DNA from: Psammoneis japonica
Taxonomy: Eukaryota
Assembly (NCBI GenBank): GCA_008632985.1
Contig: QPGO01000055.1
Location: 1-64,000, forward strand
Direction: 5' to 3'
Length of the DNA: 64,000 nucleotides
Shown here piece after piece: positions 24,150-35,810 of the stretch. The notes beneath the pieces are model-generated. The model did no database searches and was not told where the DNA came from. It saw nothing but the letters and a program-made list of their open reading frames with translations. The position numbers and the translations under genes were made by a program. The first letter of the stretch is position 1; every line of letters starts with the position of its first letter.

Positions 24150-26295
24150 CATGTCAACAGCAAAAACAATGTTGCCAACTCCACTTGCTTCACTCCTCAC
24201 AATTTGCTCGACTTGTTTTTTTTGCAAGACCCCGAACAACATGAAGCTCTCTTCTCTCCCCCTCTTTGCCTTCCTTGGATTGGTTGCCATTGCGCAAGCC
24301 TCAGGTGTTGATTGCGATCGGTTGACACCTTTGCATGTTTGAAACTCCAATTGCAAATTTCACTCACTGTCTGTTCCTTGCTGCATCGCGTGATGACTGC
24401 AGGCATCTCGACAGGCATTGTCCTCACTGATGACGGCACAGTGAAGGAAAGGGACGTGGTCATGGCAAGCAAGATCGCCCCATCAAGGACAAACCGACGA
24501 CTCCTGCAAAGAAAATGCTCAGGACTGGCAAACCCGACGACCGGCCGGTGGAGAAGGAGGAACGCAAGAAGCCAGACAATGAGCCCACCAGGACCAGGAC
24601 TGGCCATGCGGAAAAGGAGGAATGCAAGTTGGAATGCAAAAAGGACAAGGAAGAGCGCGAGTCGGAACGTGAAAAGGACATTGAGGAACGTGATGCGGAG
24701 CGTGAAAAGGACAAGGAGGAACGCGAGTCGGAACGTGAAAAGGACAAGGAAGAGCACGAGTCGGAACACAAAAAGGACATTGAGGAACACAATGCGGAGT
24801 GTGAAAAGAACAAAGAGGAGTGCGAGGTGGAGCGTGAGAAGGAGAAGGAAGAGCGCGAGTCGGAATGCGAAAAGGATGCAGACGAACGCGATGCGGAGTG
24901 TGCAAAGGACAAGGAGGAGCGCGGTGCGGAGCATGAAAAAAGGAGAAGGAAGAGCGCGAGGCCAAACATGAAAAGACACAGAGGAGCACAGGTCAGAACG
25001 CAAAAAGGACAAAGAGGAACGCAAGGGGGAACTCGAGAAGGACAAAGATGAGCGAGAAAAGTCAGACAATGAGCCCACCAAGAAACGTGCAAGGAAAAAT
25101 GAGCCTGAAGGGGGCAGGCCCACATGCACCAAGGAAGAAAGGATGCAGCGCAAATGTTGCAGATGCAAGAAGGAGGGATGTTTCCATGGAAACACAGATG
25201 ACAAGTGCGCAGCTTGCAAGACATGTTAAAATGACCTTGCGCGTGTGCACCGGCAACAATCATTTGGAGTTTTGTTGCCGGATTCATCGCGTCACTGCAC
25301 ATTTTGTCAACTGACAATGTGGCTGCAGCAACCAACAATGCCAGAGATCTGGTTGCTGTGTTCCATTGGTTGTCCTCTACATGACAAAGATGGCCATGTG
25401 TCTTGTGTGCGTGCCAAAGTCAAGTGCATTGGCAGCATCATTCTGCACTCACACGGTGTTGCGTTCCTCACTTGCACCTCATTTCTGGCTTCAGCTGTCT
25501 CATCATTTCCCCTGGCAGCGTTGATTGTTGCAGTTGTCACTTGGAAAAACTGTGGCAAAACATGCATGGCTCGCGCTTTCTTGGGCTACAGTGTCGACAA
25601 CAGCCTTGCTGTGCAGCCGAGACGAGGCTCTCATTTGAGCTGCTGTTGGCAATCAATTTGCATTGGACAGCAGAGCAGCCGCCCTTCCCGACAGTGCTTG
25701 TCCCACTTCTGTGTCATGATGCCATCTGGACTTTTTCTTTTTCAGCTTGTTGCTGTGCGAGGTAAAGTTGAGAACAAGCAGTGTGCACCCAAGAGAAGGC
25801 ACAAAGACGCAGGCAGCAACGCTTGCAGGTCGTGGCAGCACCAAGTCGGCAACATTTTTTCGGCAAGCAACAAGAGGATCCAAAACGAAACGTCCAGAGT
25901 TCGACTTCCCGCATGATTCTTCTTGGCAATTTCCTCAGCCTGTGCTTGGCCGCCGACACGGCACTTGCCGTCAAGTCATCGAGATTGTAAAGAACTTGAC
26001 ATGACACAGCTTGGGTTGAGGTGGACCGCGTTTTTTCTTTTGCTTCCATCTGAATGGATGATTCTTCTTCTGCGCATCGTAGAACTGGGTGGTGTTGCGA
26101 CCCACAATTTGCCACGTTCATGAGAGAGTGTGGTTCTCTCGAGGCATGTGGCAACCAAAGAATTGTGTGCCGTGTGCTTCGCGCCAAAAAGCACACCTGG
26201 TGTCAGTCGCCGTGGCTTTTGTCGAGAGACCCACCCTTTAGAGTGGTTTCAGCATCCCCTCTAGCACTTAGATGACAAGGACTCCTTGGGTACAA
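24150..26295 (+). repeat. Copy 2 of the ~2.1-kb diverged direct duplication
   Basis: Collinear with 13850-15985 through to gagacccac..tagagtg..cagcatcccc. Confidence 0.85.
24241..25100 (+). pseudogene. Secreted protein with 11-aa E/K repeats, copy 2 (frameshifted)
   Basis: MKLSSLPLFAFLGLVAIAQAS, intron 24305-24402, frameshift before the EKDKEERESER repeats (~24610-24940). Confidence 0.6.
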
Positions 26296-26603
26296 TAAGA
26301 GTACAACAGACGAGTTTCAGCTCAACATCACTGTCGCTTGTTGCCATCATGGCTCGTTTTGTGAAGTTGAACTCCTTCCACCTTACGTAGCGCCAAAAAA
26401 AGAATAAAGACACCGCTGGAACACGGAATCCAACCAGTTTTGGCGCGCTCAGCAACAGATGTCGCAGAATTGTCTGATATACATCCACACATAAATGTAT
26501 TCCTCATCTTTTGCCAACAATGACGAGCGAAGCACACTGAAGTGAAGGATCGCACCCCGTTATTTATCAGTTTGCTGTTTTGCTGTTGAAGAGAAAGTCC
26601 TCT

Positions 26604-28468
26604 ATGGATCATCATCCCGACACTCTCCAAGAGCCTCTTCTCGTTGCTAACAACAGCGCTATGAAGAATCCTCAGCAAGAGAAGAATACCGGTAGTACTA
26701 CTGATTGGAATCAAGAGTATGCGGATCGCGCGTCTGTCTATGCTCCTGCCGATTGGAAGTTGAACAATTCAGAAGCAAAGAAGTGTCACTTGAAATACGA
26801 TGCTACCCGTAACTTGTTGCTAATTGTATCATGCGACGATAACGAGGAGGTATTGGATGCCATGGACGTGCGTGACATTATTGGTGCGGAATTGGAATTG
26901 AGTTTCTCTGGAAATCATCATCAGGAGGAGGAGGAGCGACCCGCTTCATCAGCACCCGAAAACGTTTCTGGAAGTGCTAATTTGCATATTTATGTCTATC
27001 CCCGTCGTGATCCATCGCAAGAGAAATGGTTGTCGCGGTGTGGAATCGCCTCTCACAAGCAGATTCGTACTCCATATTTAGCAACTAGAGAAGAACGGCA
27101 AGACCCTACTCTGCTTGGTCCTCGGTATGCTCATCATCGTCATTTTCAAGTGGTGCCGTGTCTGGACTTTTATGACGTGACACAAGTCGTCAAGGGTATT
27201 CGAAGTGTCGCTCAATTGGGACAATTTGATACAGACGACGACAAGAAGAAAAAGTACCTCGTCTTGGTGAATCCCAAGAGTGGACTCCAAAAGGGCAAAA
27301 CGACGTATGAAACTACAATCAAGCCCATGCTCAATCAAGCGGGTGTGGAGCACGAGGTGATTTTCACGACCCATCAGCATCATGCGACAGAATTCTTGGC
27401 GACAGACAATCGAATCCAGGAGTGTGACGGAGTCATTGCTGTGGGTGGAGATGGGATCTTGAATGAGATGCTCAATGGCATTCAGTCGAGAAGCGATGCC
27501 AAGCAATTGTTGGACCGACTCGGAATTGGAATTGTGGCGTGTGGTACAAGCAACGGGTTGGTCAAGAGCTTGCTTCATGCCTGTCAAGTGAGTTGTGTAT
27601 TTGCGTTGTTACTGGTTGAGGCGTACAGTACTAGTTGTACTCATTCGCAATACACCTCCGTCTCTTCTCGCTGTGTAGGAAACGTATGGCGTTTTGGAAT
27701 CTGTCTTTTTAATTTGCAAAGGCCAGACACAAAAACTGGACTTGTCTTCCTATCAAGTGCAAGACAAGCAGTACACGTCCTTTTTGACCTTTTCGTATGG
27801 ATACATTGCAGACCTTGATATTGAATCGGAATGCATTCGTTTTTGTGGTATATTGAGAAACGATATTTGGGGTGCGTGGAGGATTGCCAAGCTTCGAACC
27901 TATCCTGTGCGATTCTCCTACTTGCCTCCTTCCAGCAACAAAAACAACAAGATTGATATGCCAGCATTGACGGATCCTGTTCCCAGTGATTGGGTCACGA
28001 TAGAAGACGACTTTGTCGTGTTTTGGGCGGCTCACGTTAGTCATGCAGCGTCCAATACACATAACTCGCCCATGTCAACCTTGCAGGATGGCGTCTTTCA
28101 AGTCTTTGTCGTCCGGTGAGTACTACTATACTGTAATTGCTTGTTCTGGTCCATGGTGTCATACTCTTTGCTTCAACTCACTTTGAATACCCAACATTCA
28201 CGACAACAGTGCTCCCATTTCGCGATTGAAACTGGCACAAATCGCCTTGGGATTTGAAGGGGCGACTCATGTGGATTGTCCCGATGCAGAGTTTTATGAA
28301 TGCGTTGCCTATCGTTTGGAACCGCTTTCGGAAGGAAGTTTCAATGATTTGGATGGTGAAGTCATTGAATCGGGGCCAGTGCAAGGCCATGTCGTACCGT
28401 CTGCCATGAATGTGTACTGTGGAAAGCCTACAAGTAGTGCGTATTGTCATGGCAACGGCACGGTGTAG
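26604..28468 (+). CDS. Sphingosine kinase (DAG-kinase catalytic family)
   Basis: LVNPKSG, GGDGILNEMLNG, CGTSNGL, IADLDIESE, LDGE motifs. Introns 27588-27678 and 28116-28209 are in frame. Confidence 0.92.
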
Positions 28469-29122
28469 TAGTATCCTCGTCTTGATGCGAATGAATGCTC
28501 TCAAAAGATTGATTGTAATCCGTGGAACACTAGATCGTACACAACAAATGCAATGAGGAATGAGGACGTTTCCTGAGATGTCGCCTCTAGTATTCGTACT
28601 CTAGAGCATCAAAAGTGAGATTACTTATAGTTCGAAAAAGATGATGTGAATCTGAGTTTCTTGTTGCGTTACAATTTACAATGCGTACAGTAATGTCTAC
28701 CACCAACTGCGACTACTAGAAAGTTGTCATGGCTCGTGATACCGGCACCGAGAATGATACAGTAGTGATAATTCCAAGAGATCCACATATGGTAGCCACG
28801 TTGGCTTGCCTCTAGTAGGCCTAGCAGCGACAAATGCCTGCTCGCTCAGCCGGTGCCGCTCGGCCGGTGCAGCAACGAACTGCTGTTCTGTATTTTACAA
28901 TGATTTTTGCTGCAAAAGTTGCTTGTCGGTATCAAGTTTCAGCAAATTGTGGACAACGAGCGATGCTAGCTGGCTTTGACTTGCCGACGTTCACAAATAA
29001 CAACTGTCACATTACTTTAGGGCTTAGATACCAACTCATTTTTTAAAACCAATTGAGATCATGGGCACACCACGTTACCAAAACACAACAATGAACATCA
29101 GGATCATATTTTCCCCATGTGC

Positions 29123-29928
29123 TTAGGAGCTCTTGTTCTTGTTCTTGGATTTGTCCTTACCACCTTTGCCCTTGCCCTTGGACTTGCTCTTGTTCTTGAT
29201 CTTGGATTTGTCCTTGCCGCCTTTGGACTTGGACTTGTCCTTGCCAGAAGATCCCGAAGAACCCGTGGTACTACTGCTGGGGGGTGGCGGGGAGGGGGGT
29301 GGAACGTCGGGACCCTGGCAATTCGACGGGCAAGAGGTTCCAGCTCCTTGGAATTGTCCTCCGAATTTCCTCTGGCACTGACCTGCGCGACGAGCGGAGG
29401 TGCACGAGCCATCCGCCAAACAGCACGCTCCACGACGAGGGCGAGGACGAGGAGGATTTGGACCACCACCGCACTTGCCGCAGAGGGAACCAGCTCCTTT
29501 AAACACACCCCAGAGCTTGTTCTTGCACCGGTACCTCTTGGTATAGGTACAGCGGCCATCAGGAAGGCAACAGGCTCCCTCTCCCTGGGCAAGGAGAGTC
29601 CTTCCGTTCTCATCCACAGCTTCGTCTAAAGCTTCGTCCATTACAGGCTGAGGGAATTAGAGGTATTTACGGAACGTTCGGATGAGAAGGGAAGAGAACC
29701 AACACAAGGAATACAATTGTTGAAAACAAGCTTAACGCAAACCGTTTCGTTGTACTCACCTCCGCCAAAGATGCGACATTGTCTAAAGATACAACACAAG
29801 AACGAGCGGTGAGATCAAGAAATCAAATTGAATCCACAAGAATGACTAATCCATTCAGTGTCCGTACCGTTCGCATTGCAGAAAGCAAAGGCAAGAAGAA
29901 GAAGGGCTCCCTTGAGAAACAGTTTCAT
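29123..29928 (-). CDS. Small secreted protein: signal peptide, acidic propeptide ending RTL, two GACC..DG.C repeats, Pro/Ser linker, Lys-rich tail
   Basis: Exons 29868-29928, 29760-29782 (23 nt) and 29123-29647 splice in frame at GT-AG sites to MKLFLKGALLLLAFAFCNAN-DNVASLAE-PVMDEALDEAVDENGRTLL... Confidence 0.8.
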
Positions 29929-30376
29929 CTTTCAAATCTTTCTGTCAAGCTTCAGCGGATTTTGTGAAGTGTGTTGAGAAAAAGTGAGAGGAAAAAATGA
30001 GAAAGAGAAACTTGATACTTCTTTTTTTTTTTTTGGTCGCGAATTCGGGAGGCTTTCAGATTTCGTCGGACAAATTTCAACACTTTAAGGGCAATACCCT
30101 TTATATATGCCCGTAATGTTTGTAGGGGATCACACACGTTAAAGACACTTGAGCGAATTTTGGCATCCATGCATTCATTTATTATAGAAGTATCATGGAA
30201 AGTAATAATTAGTGCCAGTATGATCTCTACTATGTACTGCAACACGTAAGTAAATTTTGTCACAATATCTAAATGCCGTAATATAATGACTATGACCGTG
30301 GTCAGACATTTTCAATAATTCTGTCGTCACGATTTGGGGGTGCAAAGCACTCTGGTCTAGAGTAGAGAGAGCATCC

Positions 30377-30620
30377 GCCACTTTCATGGATGACACGTCC
30401 GCCATCAAGATGAGCTCCTACACCATGCGGATCCTACCTACTAACTGAAAGGGTCGCTGCCTCGGTTATCCCTTGTCACCTTGATAGCTTTGCATTGCCT
30501 CATGCGCCACTTTCATGGATGACACGTCCGTCATCAAGATGAGCTCCTACACCATACGAAAGAGTCACTGCCTCGATTATCCCCTGTCACATTCGATAGT
30601 TTTGCGTTGCCTCATGTGCT
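30377..30620. repeat. ~129-bp imperfect tandem duplication
   Basis: gccactttcatggatgacacgtccg.catcaagatgagctcctacaccat at 30377 and 30506, each followed by ctgcctcg.ttatccc.tgtcac. Confidence 0.85.
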
Positions 30621-31604
30621 CGACCTCTCTCTGCTCTCTGCTCTCCACGTCCGCCACTCTTCTTTCGTGTCTTCTATGGATTCTCCAAATTCTTGAGATG
30701 CTGTCTTTTTTCGTCTGTTCTCCAAGTAGCTTTTCCAGCTCTTCACTCATGACAACGTTGCGGTGAGAGGTCTCCAAGTGTCTCCTCCTTTGGCACTTCC
30801 AGAGCCACTGCGCCATTTTACCTTAGCTGTCGGGGCTAACCGCTGAGTCTGCCGCTGGACTTGTCGTGGTTTCACGTTAAGATGAAACAACACGAGTAGC
30901 AGAGTAAGATTTATTAGCTTCATCAGATTAAGGCGCACTCAAAGTATCTGCATTCGGAGTGATGGTGAGAGACGCTAGTGAAAACACGAGTGCCGCAGGT
31001 GTTTTCCTTGATCATGTCGTGACCAAACAGGAGAAACGGCGGAAGTCACCCTGCCATTCTATTTCCTTCATTGGAGTAAGGTGTGGCGGCGGTGCTACAT
31101 TTTCCTAGGGTCCTTTTGGCTATCTTCTTGGTGCACTGGCAAAGGAATTTCTCTTGGCCTGATGGTGACTGACATGCTGAAAAGGTGCGGCTGCTTCCTC
31201 TTCTTCTCGCCCAGGCAATCCAACTTCCAGGGTAAACCAGCCTCATGTCAAAAATGGTATCAGTCGGAAACGGCTAATGTCTACAAGTCCATTCCTCCTG
31301 GTGTCACAATTGGTTCTTTCTCACCGATGCTGCCTCTTTCAGCATGCTTGAGGGAGCAATGGGTCAACTCCGTATTCTCGTTCAAGTTGCCGGCGTAACA
31401 CCAAACTTTTCATAAAATTAGCCGTTTTTCGTCAGCATAAATTGCCGCCATGGATGGAATGACGTGGCAATCGGTGCTTTCTAGCTATCATAGTGTTTTG
31501 CCATGACACTGGGTGTAGCAGCAAACGTTCCATTGCGAGCGTCATCCATAGTGACGAGCGACAGTCTCGCATATGCCGCAGTCAAGGCTGCGGTAATCTC
31601 TTGT

Positions 31605-33530
31605 CTAAATTATATCCCCGTTTGAACGTGGTTCACTATTGTCATTCAATTCATCCAACACATCATCGCTGCGAAAGTGGCCTCCATTGCTCGGATCGTC
31701 ACGATATTCCTTCATTTCCATGTCTCCAGTGGCTGAATACACCTGTGGTGGAGGCGACGAAACATATCTTCTCCTGATAAAGACACACAAGAATAATGCT
31801 ACAGCAAAGATTGCTCCCAACCATGAATGTCGAACGACAAACTCCATTCCACCTTCTCCAGTTTGATTGGCTTGCGTTTCGTTTGTGGCATCGCATTGTT
31901 TTTGTGATGGACAGACGGGACAGAACAAATCTTGTGTCAAGGAGCGATCAATGGCTTGTCGGCTCGAATCAAAGGACTTGCCATACACAAATGTAGAAAT
32001 CATGGCAAACGCAACGTCTGGAACATCGAGCGGAACCATATGGCCACTATTGAGAACTTTTAGAAATAGCAGATTCTCATATTCCTTGACGTAGCCTGAC
32101 GCCATGCCATCGTTTCCTGCAATCCACGCGTATCGATCTGATTTAGTCCATTGGTCCTTATTCTTCCAAGGCAAGTTCTGCAAGAACAGCTCATTCCCGA
32201 CGTGGTTGCAAATCAAGTCCCAAATACCATTGAAGAATAATAAGCGAATGCCATTTTCCAGCACAGTGACAACCTCGGGTACCACACCAAGGCCATCTTG
32301 ATGAGACAAAGCGTCAAAGGGTGGGTCTGTACATTCTTCGTAGACTTGTCCCGCATCGGAAGCGGCTGTGGCGTGAATGGCTTGTAAGACTTGGGCCGTG
32401 ATGGCCTTATCCATTTTGGGTCTATCACTTGTCGTGGGATGTCCACCGAGGTAACTCTCTATGTCCTTGTGCCCCGGTGGAAAGGTGCGTGACTGATGCT
32501 TTGCTTCACGCTGTCTTGCATCGTATTGACTGACTTTATAACTGGAGGAGCCTCCTTCGGATTGACCCACCACTGCATTGAGCAAGCCAAAGCAGTTGGA
32601 TGAAGTGTAGCGTCCTTTGCGCAAATCGGCACGGCACTGATCTTCCTTCTCGTCGAGTGCAGCCTTTTGGGCTAAGTCAATCAAACCGTGCCCATAAGCA
32701 GCTCCGGCCGCAGCGTATTGATAAATCGGATCCGTCCACCCATTGCCGATTGCCGCTCCCGAAAGTGTTATCTCAATGGGAGCATTGCCTTTGGAGTTTT
32801 GTTCGAGGATATATGCCATCATGCTAGGAATGTAATGTCCCGCGTGTGACTCTCCCGACAAGAAAAAGGGACGGTTGAGTTTCTTCTTGTCGGGCGTGAG
32901 GAACGAATCACTGTGCAAGGTCAAGAATTGCATCAAAAAGTAGTAAAAATCTTGATTGACTTGTTCATCGTTCTTTGGGTATTTTCCTGACGTTGTAAAG
33001 CTGAGACCCGTCCCGACGGGCTGGTCAATGTACAACACATATGCCGGAGCCTTGTGCCAGGAATCCTCATGCAATTCCATGGTCCATTTGCCGTCGGCGG
33101 CTTTCAATCGAAAGGGCCCATTCTCTAAAAACAATCCGTCCATACTAGAGCATCCCGGACCGCCGTTTAACCATATTAGCAAAGGCACAATGTCTTGTTT
33201 CTGCATTCTGCTGAAATCCGGTTCGAAGAGCCAATAAAAGAAATAATTGTCGTTGCCGGGTGATGCTGGTAAATGGCCTGCGTAGTGCTTTGTCGGAAAG
33301 GTTCCATCTTTTAGAAAGGGTAGGGATGTTACCATGTGATCATTCGGGTCGGTTGGGATGTCTACATGTACGTTATTGAGGCGTCGGTGCTGGTCATTGG
33401 AAACGTGTTCGTCTTGAACAGCAGTGGGCGGACGGCTCAACGATGCTGACGGTGTGATACGAATCGAAGAAGCATTCTGAAACGCTATGCAGCATAAGGC
33501 TGCCAAGAAGAAGCCTGAATTTGCTCTCAT
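31605..33530 (-). CDS. Serine carboxypeptidase S10 with C-terminal TM (Kex1-like)
   Basis: WLNGGPGCSS, IDQPVGTGLS, GESHAGHYIP, DLICN, SGHMVP motifs, plus a signal peptide and a TM anchor. Confidence 0.95.
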   Translation of the reverse strand: MRANSGFFLAALCCIAFQNASSIRITPSASLSRPPTAVQDEHVSNDQHRRLNNVHVDIPTDPNDHMVTSLPFLKDGTFPTKHYAGHLPASPGNDNYFFYWLFEPDFSRMQKQDIVPLLIWLNGGPGCSSMDGLFLENGPFRLKAADGKWTMELHEDSWHKAPAYVLYIDQPVGTGLSFTTSGKYPKNDEQVNQDFYYFLMQFLTLHSDSFLTPDKKKLNRPFFLSGESHAGHYIPSMMAYILEQNSKGNAPIEITLSGAAIGNGWTDPIYQYAAAGAAYGHGLIDLAQKAALDEKEDQCRADLRKGRYTSSNCFGLLNAVVGQSEGGSSSYKVSQYDARQREAKHQSRTFPPGHKDIESYLGGHPTTSDRPKMDKAITAQVLQAIHATAASDAGQVYEECTDPPFDALSHQDGLGVVPEVVTVLENGIRLLFFNGIWDLICNHVGNELFLQNLPWKNKDQWTKSDRYAWIAGNDGMASGYVKEYENLLFLKVLNSGHMVPLDVPDVAFAMISTFVYGKSFDSSRQAIDRSLTQDLFCPVCPSQKQCDATNETQANQTGEGGMEFVVRHSWLGAIFAVALFLCVFIRRRYVSSPPPQVYSATGDMEMKEYRDDPSNGGHFRSDDVLDELNDNSEPRSNGDII

Positions 33531-34340
33531 CGTGTTCTTCGTTGTTTGTCTGATAGAAATAATCCGGACACTGCGATGTTTTTTCTCTCTCTTACGATCG
33601 TTTGGTTTCGCTCTGGAATGATAAGAAAGTACAATATGTAGTAGGACTGAGAATAGAACAACGAATTGCTCGTGGCCAGGGTTACGGTAGATAAGAGGCA
33701 CTCCCGGTCCCGGCGGCCAAGAGGATGTTGCATGTTGTGGTTGGGTATCCAGGTAGGTGCCCTGCCTTTCATTTTTCACGACGTCGCAGCATGCTGGCAC
33801 TATGCAGCATAGTAGACAGTGCTGCTAGCCCAGCTCGGGCAAAAAATCGAACCACTCACAATGGCTCGCCACTTGTGCAGAGCGTGAAACTCGCCGCTGA
33901 CAAAATGAGGCAGTGCTCGCACATCAATGTCCTGTCAACAGAGGCAAAAAGCCATCATTCTTAAATGTGTTTTATCATGTCGTGTGTGGGGAATGCTCTG
34001 TTGACGCGTTCCAGCCCTAGGTGGGACTCCGTGTGACATTGGGCCCGTAGAATTCTACGTGCGAGCTCCGTAGTATGAGAATTTAATTAATGGATATATT
34101 TATCTTCAACATCAAATAAACGCCCAAGTTTGTGGTACAATTATGCCTCTTACCACTCGACGTTTTTGCAACTTCGCCTGCCCTACGCGATTCTTAAGAC
34201 ATTATAGAATCGCGCTGTAACAAAAAATGTCAAAAGTTGTTGGACGGATCGCTCAATAAGTGTACCGTAAAATGACACAAAATATCGAAAAAATCACGTA
34301 GAAATCTACGTGCGCGACATACGACGAGACTCAAAAAACN

Positions 34341-35810
34341 AGCCACTGCTGGTGGTGCCATGGTTCTTGTTGAAGGCGAGGTGATTTTCTCACCCCACAG
34401 CGCAGAGCAGCACCAGAAAAAAAATGTTGAGCCACTTGTTTTTTGAACCAGCAACTCAATGTCACCACAAGGGAATCCCTGCAAGGCTTCCTGTGCTGCT
34501 CCTCCTCGCGCTTTTTGCCTTGGAGTGAGGCTGATGATGCTTGCAGCGGCTCTGTGGGTTGCGCCAAGAGAAAAGTTTGTTCTTCTTGTTGACACAAACT
34601 TCAAACTCACAGTGAACAGACACCCAGCAGCACCAATTCAACAAAATCACAAGAACCAAATGACTCACTCTAAGAGTGACGTGAGAGCAGAGACATGAGA
34701 GAGATTGGCGAGATGACGAAATTTCAACTGCAAAGAGTTGCCAAATCTTCCGAGTCAGGAGCAACAACAATGTCATCTTTTCAACACATCCTGGCTCTTT
34801 GAATTTCCCATGTGCTGGATGTTCCAACACACTCCTGCCACTCACATCATCAATGTTCTGCTTGTCAGACAAGTTTGCATGGTGTGGAAGGCAGGTTGCT
34901 CCCTCCAGTGTGCACGTGGTGATCGAATTGGCACATCAGGCTTGCCTGTCTCCCCATGTGCAACACACATCCCATGCTCCACAAGGTGCTTTTTGCACAG
35001 TGTTGTGGTGCAAAGCGTGTGTGCAACGTCAACATGCCAGGCCCACAGCTCCAAGCAGCGACCCCTGGCTCATGTGCTGCAGTGCAAATCAAGGTGGGGG
35101 AGCTCTCCCTGAGCAGCAACACATGCACCCACCCTTGTGGTGACAGACTGCAACACTGCTGCACACCACACCACACACAGCCAAGCTGGCAAGTTGGGGC
35201 AGCTGCCTGTTGCCACATCATTGCCCGAAAAATGAGCGGCGCTTCTTGCAGAAAAGTTCAAGCTGCTGGAGGAGTGCGGGGGTTTTCCACAGTGAAATCA
35301 AGGGTGGCCTTGGCAGAAAATGACAGTGATGTGGGTTCTGGCTGGTGCTCTCAGAGTGGCGCATTGGAGAAAAGCTCTCTTCTGTGCGAGTGCAGCTGGC
35401 TTGTGCGACCTCCAAGAATCCTCAAGAGCTTCCCAAAAGAGCTGTTGTTTTGATTCCCAGTTTGTTGTGCATGTTTTGAGACAGTCACATTGGGCTGGTG
35501 CTTGAGTGACTCTTCAACTTGAGAGAGAGAGACAGAGAGAGACAAAGCGAGCACAGGGCCTCAACCACCTTGCAACAGCCAGCAGAAATGTGGGCAACAA
35601 AAGGTTCCAACAGAGGAGTTGCTCAGGAGGGAACCTTGCTCAACCATTTTGCAATGCCCCCCTGTGGTTTGCAGCATCTGCAGTCGCAAATTGGGCCCTT
35701 TTTTCCCATGCAAGTTTAGAACATGACGAAGAGCCGCAGCGGTTGTGTGTGGCATGCCGCGCACCTGTCTGTGTGCCTGATCTCGTGCCCGCTCGACCAC
35801 AAAAAAATGG
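34341..35810. mobile_element. Second TpA-depleted degenerate repeat-like island, starting at an assembly N (34340)
   Basis: Very few TA, excess TG/CA, Tyr-free spurious ORFs; TA returns abruptly after ~35820. Confidence 0.6.

Larger units (their letters stand above)
8910..26280. mobile_element. Degenerate repeat/transposon-like island, strongly TpA-depleted and partly CpG-depleted; family not assignable
   Basis: Near absence of TA, excess TG/CA, nearly Tyr-free translations, broken reading frames and several internal duplications. Confidence 0.7.

Noticed and set aside
8900..26280. Dense overlapping ORFs in all six frames
   Set aside because: An artefact of TA loss removing TAA/TAG stops; the products are Cys/His-rich and lack recognisable domains.
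8900..26280. Alternative genetic code or foreign contig explaining Tyr-free proteins
   Set aside because: The depletion is frame- and strand-independent and affects introns, and diatom-like gene structures lie within the island.
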